From the NCBI GenBank assembly GCA_051294375.1, contig JBJCIZ010001571.1, positions 1 to 18,989 of the forward strand: 18,989 bases of DNA, read 5' to 3'. Source of the DNA: Paraspadella gotoi (taxonomy: Eukaryota; Animalia; Chaetognatha). A program made the position numbers and the translations under genes. Within the stretch, counting starts at the first letter, position 1. Each line of letters opens with the position of its first letter. A model generated the notes under the pieces. It was not told where the DNA came from, searched no databases, and saw nothing but the letters and a program-made list of their open reading frames with translations. Shown piece by piece: positions 1 to 10,837 of this stretch.

Positions 1-37
1 AGAGAGAGATCGGATTAACTGACAAAAGCCGAAATGG

Positions 38-74
<37 letters not shown>

Positions 75-113
75 CGACGACGACGAACGACGAACGCGAC
101 CGACGGCGACGAC
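38..113. repeat. (GAC)n microsatellite, degenerate at the 3' side
   Basis: Direct reading: gacgacgacgac... run. Confidence 0.95.
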
Positions 114-511
114 GTGTGAGAAGATATAAACGGCTTAATGCATCAACAACACCAGGGCAGAATACAAACACAAGCACAAGAAATCATAAAGAATAAAGCG
201 AAAAGAAGCCTTACGTCATCGCAAAGTCTAAGAGTGAAAACTGAAGCCGATAAAAGATTTTGCTCTTTGGTGGTGGGACTCACTGAACGCAGTTTTTTTG
301 TGGTAAGTGACGCGGTCCGTTGATGGTAGACAATTTTTGACCGTAGTTCCGTTCAAATGCTGTGCGATTGAGTTCTCTTGGAGACAACGTTTGTTTTAAA
401 AACGCGTTTTCGTTAATGCATCTTTTTCGTTCAACGTTATTTTTTCGAATGAAAGCGAAAATTCGGGATTTTTTTTCTTTTTCGCTTAGAAGTAAATCTA
501 ACTTAATCCAA

Positions 512-593
512 CTCTCTCTATCCCTCTCTCTCTCTCTCTCTCTCTCCTCTCGTCTCTCTCTCTCTTCTCTCCACTCTCTCTCTCTCTCTCTCT
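512..593. repeat. (CT)n microsatellite
   Basis: Direct reading; produces the spurious RE/SL-repeat ORFs 280..609 and 362..640. Confidence 0.95.
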
Positions 594-911
594 CATCTGG
601 TTTACTCACGCGAAATTTGACGAATAAAAATAAAAACTAAAAAAATGTCGTGGCGAAAAGTCGGCTTGCTTTAGCTTCGTCGATTTCGAAGTAAAAAACG
701 AAATCCGTCGATGTCCCCGCGGTAAACAAAAACGTAAACAAAAAACAAAAAAAAAACTCACAACAAACAAAAGCCCTCCTTTTTTTTTCGGGCACGCCCC
801 CGCGGTTCTCGGGTCGGTCGTAGAGTGGCAGACGCGCGGGGAGCGAGGGAGCGCGCGGTTTTCCGCGTCCCGCCGCGGCATCGCGAGAAACCGGCAAGCA
901 CGTGCGCTGGA

Positions 912-1170
912 AGAGACGGGGAGGAAAAAGAAGGAGAAGGAGGAAAAAGAAGTAGAGGAGGAAGAAGAAGGAAGAAGAAAGAAGAGGGGAGGAAAGGACG
1001 TGGGAGGAAAGAATTTTTGGGAGAAGCAGTTTGGGATGAAAAGAAGAAAAAAAGGGAGGAGGTAAAAAAAGGAAAGAAGAAAGAAAGGAGAAAGAAAGAA
1101 AGAAAAAAGAAAGAAAGAGAAAAGAAAAGAAAGAAAGAAAGAAAGAAGAAAGAAAGAAGGCAGGAAGGGA
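912..1170. repeat. Polypurine low-complexity tract, (GAA)/(GAAA)n-like
   Basis: Almost only G/A on the + strand; explains the K/R/E-rich and F/S/L-rich ORFs here. Confidence 0.9.
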
Positions 1171-1279
1171 GACAGACATACCGACCGACAGACATACCGA
1201 CGAACCGATGGACCGACAGACCGACGCGAAAAGTGATTTATAGAGTTGCTACGCAAGTAACTCGCGGCGCAACTAAAAA
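1171..1279 (-). mobile_element. DINE-1/HINE-like (Helentron-associated) element 5' terminus
   Basis: Minus strand reads TTTTTAGTTGCG...GCAACTCTATA (short inverted repeat AGTTGC/GCAACT) followed by a (GTCG/GTCT/GTCC)n tetranucleotide tract, the layout known for DINE/HINE block A. No matching 3' end found. Confidence 0.45.
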
Positions 1280-1332
1280 GAAGGAGAAAGAAAATATAAT
1301 AATAATGTAAGGATGGAAGTTTGTCCACTTTC

Positions 1333-1561
1333 CCAGGAGAGCCACGAAACTGACCCTCCAGACCAAAACTGGTAAGTTGCGACAACGAGAATTTTTGGGA
1401 TGCGGAATTAATTGAAAAGCTCAAAAAAAGTGAGTGCTCATAAAACTAACATGTTTTTATTTTCTATAATTTTTTAAAAGCTTGTTCATTAAAATCGGAA
1501 TATAGAGTTCAGATGCTACAACTTTTTTCTTTGTGGGTTCAGATTTTCGTGGTTCTCCTGG
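1333..1561. mobile_element. MITE, ~229 bp, with ~28-30 bp imperfect TIRs
   Basis: Left CCAGGAGAGCCACGAAACTGACCCTCCA (from 1333); reverse complement of right end CCAGGAGAACCACGAAAATCTGAACCCACA (ends 1561). AT-rich non-coding interior. TSD not resolved. Confidence 0.75.
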
Positions 1562-2021
1562 TTTGTATTGTATTGTTTAAGCGAGGAGACGAGGTTCGGC
1601 TCCGAGGGAATAATCAGATTTTCGTCGATTTCCGTTAAAAAAATAGTTTTCAATCAAAGTATATATAGTCAAGGAACCAATACAAAGTGTGGCAATATGG
1701 GCAAATTTGGAAAGCGTAGGGTGGGCGGGGGTGGGCGGAGGTGGGGGGTTCTTCTTTGGAAAGAGAATGGGGGGGAGCGCGAGAAATATTTTGACTTATT
1801 AATATTTAAAAGTGCAATTAAAGAAGGACTGGTTTGTGCCTTTTTTTTAATGTCTTTCTTTCCCTACTGTCGTATTGCTCATAATTAAAACAAAAGGGTA
1901 ATTATTGATACACGATAATGATAGACCAACTGTCTTAGCTTCAAATTCGATGTCCTGACATCTATAACTCTTGCAAGCTTGCTTTGCTTATTTAAGGCAA
2001 TCAAATAAACTAGTTTTTCAG

Positions 2022-3760
2022 TCGTATTTTATTACCCTCGTGCCTATGAAGATAGAGGATTTCCAATTTTATCTGCATTTTAGATAGGTGTTGAACTTTC
2101 CTTTTTGGGGGAGCGCGAAAAAAAATTTGAATAATTAATATTAATCAAAGAAGTAAATCCAAATCAATGATTTTTTCTTCGATAAATCCGCTTTAAAACA
2201 TTCTTGTTTAATGCTCGTCAAGCCGTATTGAATTTGGCTGGCGTATTAGTTTCTTTGTTACGCGTGCATGGCTCGGAAGCCTCATGTCATGGCTGGGCTC
2301 GGCGATCTTTTGTTTGAATGACTGCTGAGGATGATCTCTGGCGACAGCGGATCGGGTCAGATCCCTCCTGGTGTTTCTATAGTAAACGTCGGTTGCATAA
2401 CTCATTCAGCTTGAAATTGGCCAAGAATTATTTATTATTATTATTATTTTGTATTGATTTATTTATTTATTCTTGCTCGTTTTGCATTTAAATCATCTCG
2501 CGTTTCATTATACATCACCATCAACGAAGAGGAGGACAGCACTGAAACATAGTAAGTAATATTTTTGTGCTATTTATCTCAATTTCATTTTTAGTTATTA
2601 AGCGTTAAAAGAATATAAGGTAAAATTTTACTTTCACCGACCACAGGTTTCGATGTCTATTTGAAAAATCATTTAAAAATACTTATTTTTTAAAAAACAA
2701 TTAAAAAAAATTAATACCTAATTACCCTACCCTAAACCTCTTAAATCCTAAAAGCCCTAAACCCTAAACCCCCCTAAACACCCTTTAACCCTAATTAAAT
2801 TAATTAACTAATTAACGCCTCGACTAATTAATAAGTTAATTATAAAAACATTATAACCTAATTACCCTAACCCTAAAACCTCTTAACCCTAACAGCCTAA
2901 CCAAACCACCCCTGAACCACCCTTAAACCCTTAAATTAATTAATTAATTAAGTGGTTTAGGGGTGTGAATTAGGGTTAAGAGGGTTTCAGAGTTAGGGTA
3001 ATTAAGTAATATTTTTTTAATTAAACTTATTAAATTAGTCGGCGTTTAATTAATTATTAATTAATTAATTAATTTGGGTTAAGGGGTGTTTAGGGTTAGG
3101 GGCTTGTTTAGGAAATAAGAGGGTTTAGGTTAGGGTAATTAGGTATTAATTTTTTTAATTAATTAACTTAATTAATTAGTCGGCGTTAATTAAGAAAGAA
3201 GAATGAGGAAGCAAGAAAGTCAAAGACAAAATAATTTTGCATAATTATTTTTTGTAGGGCCAACCAAGAAGCAGAGCTCACGATGTTGGCCGTGGGTAAA
3301 CAATTTTGCTTCGTCATACCATATTCTCCTTCAAACCGGAGTGGCTCCGTCAAACAAATGACTCAGGCGTGGCGCAGTTGGAGGGGTTGAAGGCAGCCCA
3401 AGAGTTTGCATTTTACTTCCGTCATCAATTAAAAGTATTTAAATCTATTATATTTATTAACCATAAGTTGCAATAATAATTTTAATATATTTTAGACACA
3501 ATTTTGGAAATTTTACCAATTTTTTTTTTACCAAACGCACGAGAGAAGAAGAATTATTGGTATTTATGGTCATTAGAATGCATGGCTTTTTACACAATTT
3601 TTGTCCTCAAAATATTCCCTTTTATAAAAATCTAAGATCGCGTGGCGGATCAAATCATAATGGTGCGGCAGCAGTGAGTGTGGATATCTGCTCAACAGCT
3701 GCTGCGATACCACCTTTACCGCTGCCGGCGGCGCATACTCTACGCAATGGCGGGCTGGCA
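2022..3760 (+). pseudogene. Putative degraded, intron-containing Mutator-like (MULE) transposase
   Basis: Collinear peptide fragments across frames: FITL/RAYEDRGFPILSAF (~2027-2080), FNARQAVL..FVTRAW/RK..GL (~2207-2310), SYHILLQTGVAPSN/AW (~3315-3372), FWKFYQF (~3502-3522), RVADQII..QQ..ISAQQLL (~3639-3704). These resemble MULE motifs in the expected order. GT-AG introns fit at 2552-3257 and 3404-3495. Many frameshifts must be assumed. Confidence 0.35.
2700..3193. repeat. Fold-back repeat: two ~130-bp units followed by two inverted units, rich in CCCTAA/TTAGGG-like hexamers
   Basis: ATTAATACCTAATTACCCTA (2710-2729) is exactly mirrored by TAGGGTAATTAGGTATTAAT (3131-3150). AACGCC(TC)GACTAATT (~2814) is mirrored by AATTAGTCGGCGTT (~3033 and ~3174). 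Centre near 2945. Confidence 0.9.
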
Positions 3761-5216
3761 AGTGGGTTTTTTTCCCCAACGCGGTGCATTGGCAACTTTA
3801 TTTTGAAATAATAATTCCATGATTTATCTGTTAATAAATACTAGATTTTTGTGATGATTTATTGACCATTGTTGTTAATAAATATTAATACAAATAAAAT
3901 TTTTTTATGGAAGCATTATAAATAATGTAAAAATCAGGTTACCAGAGTATGTTATTGAAAATGAAGCGCCAAAAAAAGTAAAGTTTTTGGGAAAATAGGG
4001 AAAGTTAATATGATAATCTTGAATCAGTTTTGAAACCTTCCGTAAAATCGCTCAAGCGCGGCATCTCTAGTTTTAGTAAAAGAATCTGCATGGATAAATA
4101 ATCAAAAACATTCTGACTCCGCCTTCGTTTTGACGGAGTAGATGGTTGATCAAGGGAATGCCATCATTTTTGTTATTTTTTGCGTCCAAGTTCGGCTGGC
4201 GGCGGGGCCACATGCGTGTTTCGCATGGAATGAAAGTTTTGACGTCTGCGGAGTCACCGCCGGACGACATCGAGATAGAGACCGGCCCAAATTATTAGAA
4301 GTTTACAATTGATTCAGTCACGAAAGAATGGTGAAAAGGGGGAATTATTATCTGTATATTTTTTTTTAAGTAATGTTTGAAATATCGTGGGAGTGAAAAA
4401 GTTGCTTCTGAAACGTTCAACGCTTTTAACTCCCATTGGGGGTTTTTTACACGTTTTATATTTTTAATCTCGAAAACAACATTTTTATCTCCGTCTTAGT
4501 CGTAAAACGTACCATACGAGTTCCAAAATTGAACGTCCTTCAAATAAGTCTAAAGTCAGCCAGTTTTAAGATCAAAATTAAATACAGAGGCACAAACTTC
4601 GGATTTCTACAAAAAAAGACTTATAAATAAAAATAATTTTTAAGCAATAACAAGGATTAATAAATATTTTAAAGATATAGTAAATATTTATTTTTGTAAA
4701 ATGACATACTTCTTTTCCGATTAAACCAGCTTTGATTCCCCGCGAGCCATTTTTATTGACTCTATTGGGGCCTGGAATCGAGCATTTGAACTCGTACCTG
4801 TGCTCGTAGTACAAATCTTTAATGGAATCCAAATTGAAATCCTTAACATAGGCCGACGTGATTACGCGAGGAAGCGATTTTTGGTGATGTTTTGGGTCAT
4901 AACTTTGAATGCCTGGACGCGATTTTGCTGATTTTTGCATGAAGGCGCTCGAAAATAATTCCTATCGTTTGGTACAAAATTTGTACGAAAAAATTTTAAA
5001 TAAAAATCTTGTGTTCTTCGCTAGTATTGTATTGTATTGTATGTACTTGTATTGGTATTGAATTTCATTGAAATTTCTCTCATTTCTTCTCTTTCCTTCC
5101 CTTGAAGTTTTAACTTGAAGTGGAAACGAAATTCCAAAGGAACAAAACCGATTATCGAAAACGTCGTCCGATTCGCTGATAAGTGACGAGAAAAATTAAT
5201 AAAGTGACCGATTTAA

Positions 5217-6101
5217 GGGGGACCAGTGATAAAAATGATAATCATAAGCTTAGGGTCTATTCATCAAAAGGATTTTGAATGGTGATAGTCATTAATTTTT
5301 CTTTGCTTGGGAAAGTGGTAAAAAAATTCCTATCTCTTAATTGTGCGAAACAAAAATTTAATAATTAGAAAAAAAAGAGAAATTTATTGACCCTACCTAA
5401 ATATTTATATAATCCCATTATTTTATTTTTGCATTAAAGTTATTTTTTACTAAATTCCAATTTTTTATTTTTTACTGGACAAAGCTATAATTTTAGGTTT
5501 AAGCCTCATTGAACAAAGGCTTAACAAGACAAATATTTTTATATTTTTATATTTAATTTAAAAGCAACAAATCAAACCTAAAATTCTATTCTTACAGAAA
5601 CAAAACTGTAATAATTAATTAATTAATATTCATATTCCTCCTTAAATATATAATTAACCTATATTGATTCCCTAATTATAACAATTAAAAAATTAGCAAA
5701 AGTTACAGAATCTTTCTCTCTTTTTATATTTATATTACTTCAAGAGAGTTTATTTCATCCAATTAACCACGAAATCAATTTGAAAAGAAAAAGTTTAAAA
5801 TAAATCATCGATACCTTAAATTTTGATTCATTCCTAGTTTTTTTTCTTATAAATTTTTGTGAAAAAGCGAAAATCTTTTTAAAATTAGATCTTACCCTTT
5901 TTTTGGAAAAAAAACAATTTTAAACTGAAAAAGATTTTCTTCTACAGATTTTTTACGAAAAATTAAAGCTGCTGATTTTATCGAATTTTTTAACTACTTT
6001 CCCAAATGATTATAGAAGACAAAATTATAATGATAGAACCGTCTTAAGTTAAAAGGGTCAACTTATGTTTCAGCTTTTTACCCCCCCTGTTACTTGTCCC
6101 C
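5217..6101. mobile_element. Non-autonomous DNA transposon with GGGG termini flanked by TTAA (Kolobok-like; PIF/Harbinger not excluded)
   Basis: TTAA(5213-5216)|GGGGGACCAGTGATA ... TGTTACTTGTCCCC|TTAA(6102-6105); the right end reverse-complements to GGGGACAAGTAACA. The interior is very AT-rich and has no listed ORF. Confidence 0.65.
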
Positions 6102-6172
6102 TTAACTGGAAAAGAAGAAAAAGACGAAAAATCGAGGCCGCGAAACGAGAATTAGCGACCGTCGGACGGAAA

Positions 6173-6440
6173 TTTTGAATAAGATAAAAGGAAATAAAAC
6201 AAATGGCAAAGGCAGGGGTAGATAACTGAGTTTTTTTTGAATTAAGATAATGGGAATGAAAGAAATGAGCAAGGCATGGTAGATAATTGGTATTTTTAAA
6301 TAAAGATTCCGGAAAAGATAAAAGGAAAATAAAATAAACGAGATAGGCAGGGGTAGATATTTATCATTTTTTAAAGAAAAGAGATGATAGGAATTAAAAC
6401 TAATGAGAATGGTAAAGAAAAAATATTTTAATAAAGATAA
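6173..6440. repeat. Degenerate ~60-bp minisatellite, about 4 units
   Basis: Recurring TTTT..ATAAGATAA..GGAA...AAGGCA(G/T)GGTAGATA blocks; AGGCAGGGGTAGATA occurs twice exactly. Confidence 0.75.
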
Positions 6441-6810
6441 CAGGACATAATTAGTGCAAAATTAATGTCAAAAATATAATAAAATTAACAGACCGAGAAA
6501 AAAAACATTCATATTTTGGAAAAAAATTATTCATATTGTAAAAAATAGAATAATTAAACTAATCGAATCATTATTCAGAACCGATCCTAATCAAAATCTA
6601 TTTCACCCCTGGAGCGAAGTTTTTCCGATTAAATTCAAGACGTGAACGAGAAGCGAGAAAAATTATTTTTTTTTTTTAAAATTCGCGGAAGAAATTATTT
6701 ATTTTTAATTCGAGCGACATTTTCGCTTTTGTTTTCTGGCGGTCGTTGGAAAAACGGAAGCTTGGGAAAAACGGAACTAATGAAAATTGATATGAATTCT
6801 ACGGACGTCC

Positions 6811-6858
<48 letters not shown>

Positions 6859-6861
6859 GAG

Positions 6862-6905
<44 letters not shown>

Positions 6906-6921
6906 AACAGAGAAAGAGAGA
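6811..6921. repeat. (GA)n microsatellite
   Basis: Direct reading. Confidence 0.95.
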
Positions 6922-7993
6922 TAGGACTGAGACAAAATAGACTGAAAATAGTCCTCTTAATCAAACTGAGTCTAACGGTTCACAAAGGCGAGATAATTAC
7001 GCACCCTTAATTCTCCTCCGTCGTTCTAATTCGAAAGCTAAAGAGTATTGATTCATTTTAAAGAGTATTAATTATTTCTTCGAGTATTATTTGTTAAAGA
7101 TTATGCAATTATTTTTTAAAAGTTATAACTATAAATTAATTCTAAAATAAGAATAATTAGTCTAAAGATATTAATTAATTCTTCCCCCTCTCTCTTCCTA
7201 TTTTTTAAAAGCTAAATCTTTTCCCTCCTCAAAAGCGGCATTTCAATTCCCATACTATCCTTTCATCTGCAAAAAAGAAACCAAATCGTATTCATATCAG
7301 CTCCGCACATTCAGGTGGGTGTGAGCCAGTCACCGCTAGAGGGATCAGCATAATAGTACAAAATATTACGGACAGAAAAAAAAAGGCGTAAACGAGTTTT
7401 TTTTTTTTTTTTAACCCTGGCCTAGATGGTGGAGAGAATGGTGGGTGGTGTGTTGTATAAAAGATGGTGGTAGCGACGATGACGAACGACGACGACGATG
7501 ATGATGATGATGAATGAGAGTGTGACGGTGTCGGAGAATCGTGACGTTTGACTTTAAGTGGTTTTTTGCGGTTGGGGGCGAATTACGAGAATAAAAAATC
7601 CACCCTCGGATTTCGGTGATCGCCAATTCGGTGGGTCGAATTTTTTCACTAACCCGAACGAACGACGCGACAACAGAGTCCGATTTGGATGGAGATGGAG
7701 TTATAGAAAGAAGTTGATGTTTGAAAGATGTGATAGAGTTAAAGAAGTAAAAGTGGGAGTGACCGAACGAAGCCTCATTGATCGCTGGGCCGGCGGAGTT
7801 GTAGCGCTTCGACGGTCTCGGAGGAGGAGCATCGGGCGGTCGCTGTGTCGGCAGAGAGTCGACGTCAGCGCCGGCAAGCGTCGGCAGGGTCGGCGTCGTT
7901 CGTCGATTTGGGACGGTCAAAGGTGAGCGTGGTTATCGTCGTGGGAGGAAACTCGTTCGTTCGGAGGGGAAAAAAAGGAGACGAAGAGATGTG

Positions 7994-8100
7994 GGAGATG
8001 GCAATCGGGGAGTGGGCAGAGGGTGAATGGCAGATGGGGTGAATGCAGTCCGGAGAGATGGCAGAGGGTGAATGGCAGTCGGAGAGATGGAGAGGATGGT
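7994..8100. repeat. Short G-rich tandem repeat
   Basis: GGCAGAGGGTGAATGGCAG exact at 8015-8033 and 8060-8078; GGAGAGATGG repeated. Confidence 0.8.
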
Positions 8101-8182
8101 GGCTGTGGACAACTTGGGATGTGACTAGCTGGTCTGGGAGACGCAAAGAAATTGATTAGTTAGTACAGCTTAATGAAAACAA

Positions 8183-8254
8183 GATGATGATGATGATGAT
8201 GATGATGATATGATGATGATGATATGATGAATGAAAATGATGATGATGATGATG
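8183..8254. repeat. (GAT)n microsatellite
   Basis: Direct reading. Confidence 0.95.
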
Positions 8255-8383
8255 AACAGACGACGATGACGACGAAACCGACGAAAAAAAACGACGATAA
8301 AGACACGACGAGAGACGTCAAGTCGAAAAGGACACGCAAATCCTCCCGAAAGTCGAAGTCTCCCAATCTCTCCCGCTTCGCAA

Positions 8384-8513
8384 CCGCTTCAGATTCCTTT
8401 CCCAATCCGCTTCTTGATTCTCTTCTCATCTCCGTTCTGATTTTCTTATATCCGCTTCTGATTTTCTTCCATCTCCGCTTCTGATTCTCTTCTTATTTCC
8501 GCTTCTGATGCTC
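8384..8513 (-). repeat. ~21-24-bp minisatellite, 6 units, core CCGCTTCTGATT (+ strand)
   Basis: Six copies of the core with small variants; the minus-strand consensus GAAAATCAGAAGCGGATGGAA reads ENQKRME. Confidence 0.85.
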
Positions 8514-8871
8514 TTGTGTCGCTTCTTCCATAATACATCAGGTTGGTTTTTCCACAACCGAACCGGACAATTGATTTTTCTTTCTCAAAAAAAAAATGAT
8601 GCGTTAGAGAAAAAAAATAACCTTTGACTCAATCAAAGGTCGAGGATGAGGCGGAAAAACAAACCGGCCGGCGCCAAAATCCGGCGATCAAACCCGCGTC
8701 ATCGCCGCGCCCCACACAATCCGGCGTTACTTCGGGCGCCATCGCCGGCGCCTCATCCGACGTCACCCCGGCGCCATCCTGCAGCGTCATGCTTTTCGGC
8801 CGGCTTGCGATAACTCGATGAACCAAACTACGATGACAAAACGAAGATTACACAATCTGGAAATGACAATG

Positions 8872-8917
8872 ACGACGCCGACGACGAACGACGACGACGA
8901 CGACGACGACGACGACG
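8872..8917. repeat. (GAC)n microsatellite
   Basis: Direct reading. Confidence 0.9.
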
Positions 8918-8997
8918 TACGAAAAGGCTTCGTTTTCCATACGGTATTCCTTATTTTTTTTTTTGTCTCAGATTTGAGAGAGAAAATTCCGCGACAA

Positions 8998-9018
8998 AAC
9001 AACAACAACAACAACAAC
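8998..9018. repeat. (AAC)n microsatellite
   Basis: Direct reading. Confidence 0.9.
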
Positions 9019-10059
9019 GAAGACGTCTTCAGATCTACGCGTTTCTCTATCGTGGATCAGGGTCAAATCAAAAGAAGCTTGAAACAGATGGTCACAAGTT
9101 GTCAGAAAGATGGTGGGAGAGTGGTTCAGAAGATGAAGGCATAGAATTTGATGAGGTCAGTGGTTTTTTTGAGATGCAACAAATATTGCTTGCATAAAAA
9201 GTACTCAGACATTCTTTTTAAAAAAGGTTTCAAAGATTATTTTGTTTGAACCAACAAGGTCCTTTAAGAAAAAATCAATAAACACAGAGCTGGCAATCCA
9301 AGCAACGCAAGACGATCTTTCATAGACGAGGGTTGTCACTCACCGGTTTTTCGGATCACTCGCGCTCTCTCACGGCTCAATGATCGTCTCGTCTCACTGA
9401 CGAAAAAAAAAATTATAGATGTCATTCGTCGAACGATCGTGAGACGTTTTCAACGCTTTTCACGGTTCACGATCGCGCGAGATGAGAATAAAATCATCGA
9501 TTCAATTTCGCGAAAATTAAGGCTCGTGTCTCTCGTCCTTGGATTTTTTTTCCTCATCCTTCTATTTTTATCATTTTCTTTTTCCCATTTTAATTTCATA
9601 ACACTCCTGTGCAAAAAAACTCGCACTCTATAACTTTAATTCCAGATACCTCTATAAAAATATTTTTAAAAATTATATAAGAAAAATAATTAAAAAAAAT
9701 TTAATTTATCTTAAATTTTATTACAAGTGGCTAAAGAGATTATGATTTTTAAACTTGGAGTTTTTAAAAATCAAACGGGGAAAAATTAACTTTTATTTAA
9801 AAGCATCAAGATTATGGACCTTTTTTCAATCATATGTTTCAATATACTTAAGATTATTATTTTAGATCCTTGAAGCATCAGTTATCTAGCTATCCCTCCA
9901 GATTCTGGTATAATTTTTTTTATATTTTAATCTATTAAAAGGAATGTAAAGTATCAAAAAAAATTAGTCTTAAATCTGTCAGATTTTTTTTCAATTCAGT
10001 TTTTGAGGTAGAGTACCTTATTTTAACAAGTTTGAGCAAACAATGTCGGATCTGCCTCG

Positions 10060-10176
10060 ATAATTAATTAAATTAATTGATTAATTAATTAATTAATAGA
10101 TTAAATTAATTAATTAATAGATTAATTAATTAATTAATAGAACTTAATAAATTAATTAATTAATTAATAGATTAAT
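10060..10176. repeat. (AATT)n array punctuated by TAGA
   Basis: Repeating attaattaattaattaatag units; self-complementary. Confidence 0.9.
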
Positions 10177-10694
10177 TTACATTTATTATTCAGCTTGGTC
10201 ATCATCGATGGTCCCTTAAAATTGAGTCAGGACAGTGTTATTAATGTTTTGTTTCATTTATCAAAAACAAACAAATATCCTCTATTATCGCAGCCAGGCG
10301 GGCAAAGCCCGTTCCTGTCTAGATTTTTTTTTCGTTTAGCTTTTCGGTCTCCGCTTTTTTGCAATCATGGCTTCTGGAAAGTGTGATATCATAGGGAGTT
10401 GAATTTTCATATATGGCTTCTAATCATTCAAGATCTTTAAAATTCTCATGTTTCATATCAATATTGGTATATTGTTTTATGTTTTTTTACAAAACAAAAA
10501 ACGTTTAATTATATGTCGCTCTCATCTCTCTCTCTCTTTTTTTTCCGTCACTTGCTTCTTCTAAAAACGAGTTCCGGCCTCTGCAGCGTCTGTCCAGCTT
10601 CTTTTCTTTTTCTCTCTCTTCTCTCTCTCTCTCTTTTTTTTAACAATAAAAATTTTTTCGATATAATGTGGGTTTCACTAATGTAAAAACCGAT

Positions 10695-10770
10695 TGCCGC
10701 GACAGGGCGCGAACCCGGGTCCTTTGGGTAGAGAATAGCTACGCTACGTGCGGCGCCATATTAGTACTGC
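10695..10770 (-). mobile_element. tRNA-like SINE head or tRNA pseudogene
   Basis: Minus strand TGGCGCCGCACGTAGCGT...CCCAAAGGACCCGGGTTCGCGCCCTG: weak A-box, B-box-like GGTTCGCGCCC, T-arm CGGG/CCTG with a 7-nt loop. No good acceptor or anticodon stem. Confidence 0.5.
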
Positions 10771-10837
10771 TGATCTTCTTTAACGATAAAGGGCTGTAGG
10801 AAGCTTCTCTCTCTCTCTCTCTTTTAATTATTATATA

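Noticed and set aside
280-1424. Overlapping ORFs up to 272 aa (RE-, SL-, F- and K-rich)
   Set aside because: Translations of (CT)n and polypurine tracts that lack stop codons; no domain signal.
2700-3193. Telomere or telomere-fusion site
   Set aside because: Hexamers are embedded in a complex 130-bp unit, and the polarity is opposite to an end-to-end fusion.
3557-4940. Short ORFs 3557..3811, 3573..3779, 4073..4270, 4436..4630, 4578..4940 as genes
   Set aside because: No recognisable motifs; lengths expected by chance.
6642-7010. 122-aa and 89-aa ORFs
   Set aside because: Driven by the (GA)n microsatellite.
7333-7350. CTCF-like motif CCGCTAGAGGGATCAGCA
   Set aside because: Needs a 2-nt insertion in the core to fit; a single imperfect hit with no supporting context.
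8384-8513. CRISPR-like repeat-spacer pattern
   Set aside because: The 12-bp core has short, mutually similar spacers, the context is eukaryotic and there are no cas genes; it is a minisatellite.
10695-10770. Functional tRNA gene
   Set aside because: Acceptor and anticodon stems do not form and the B-box lacks the invariant A.
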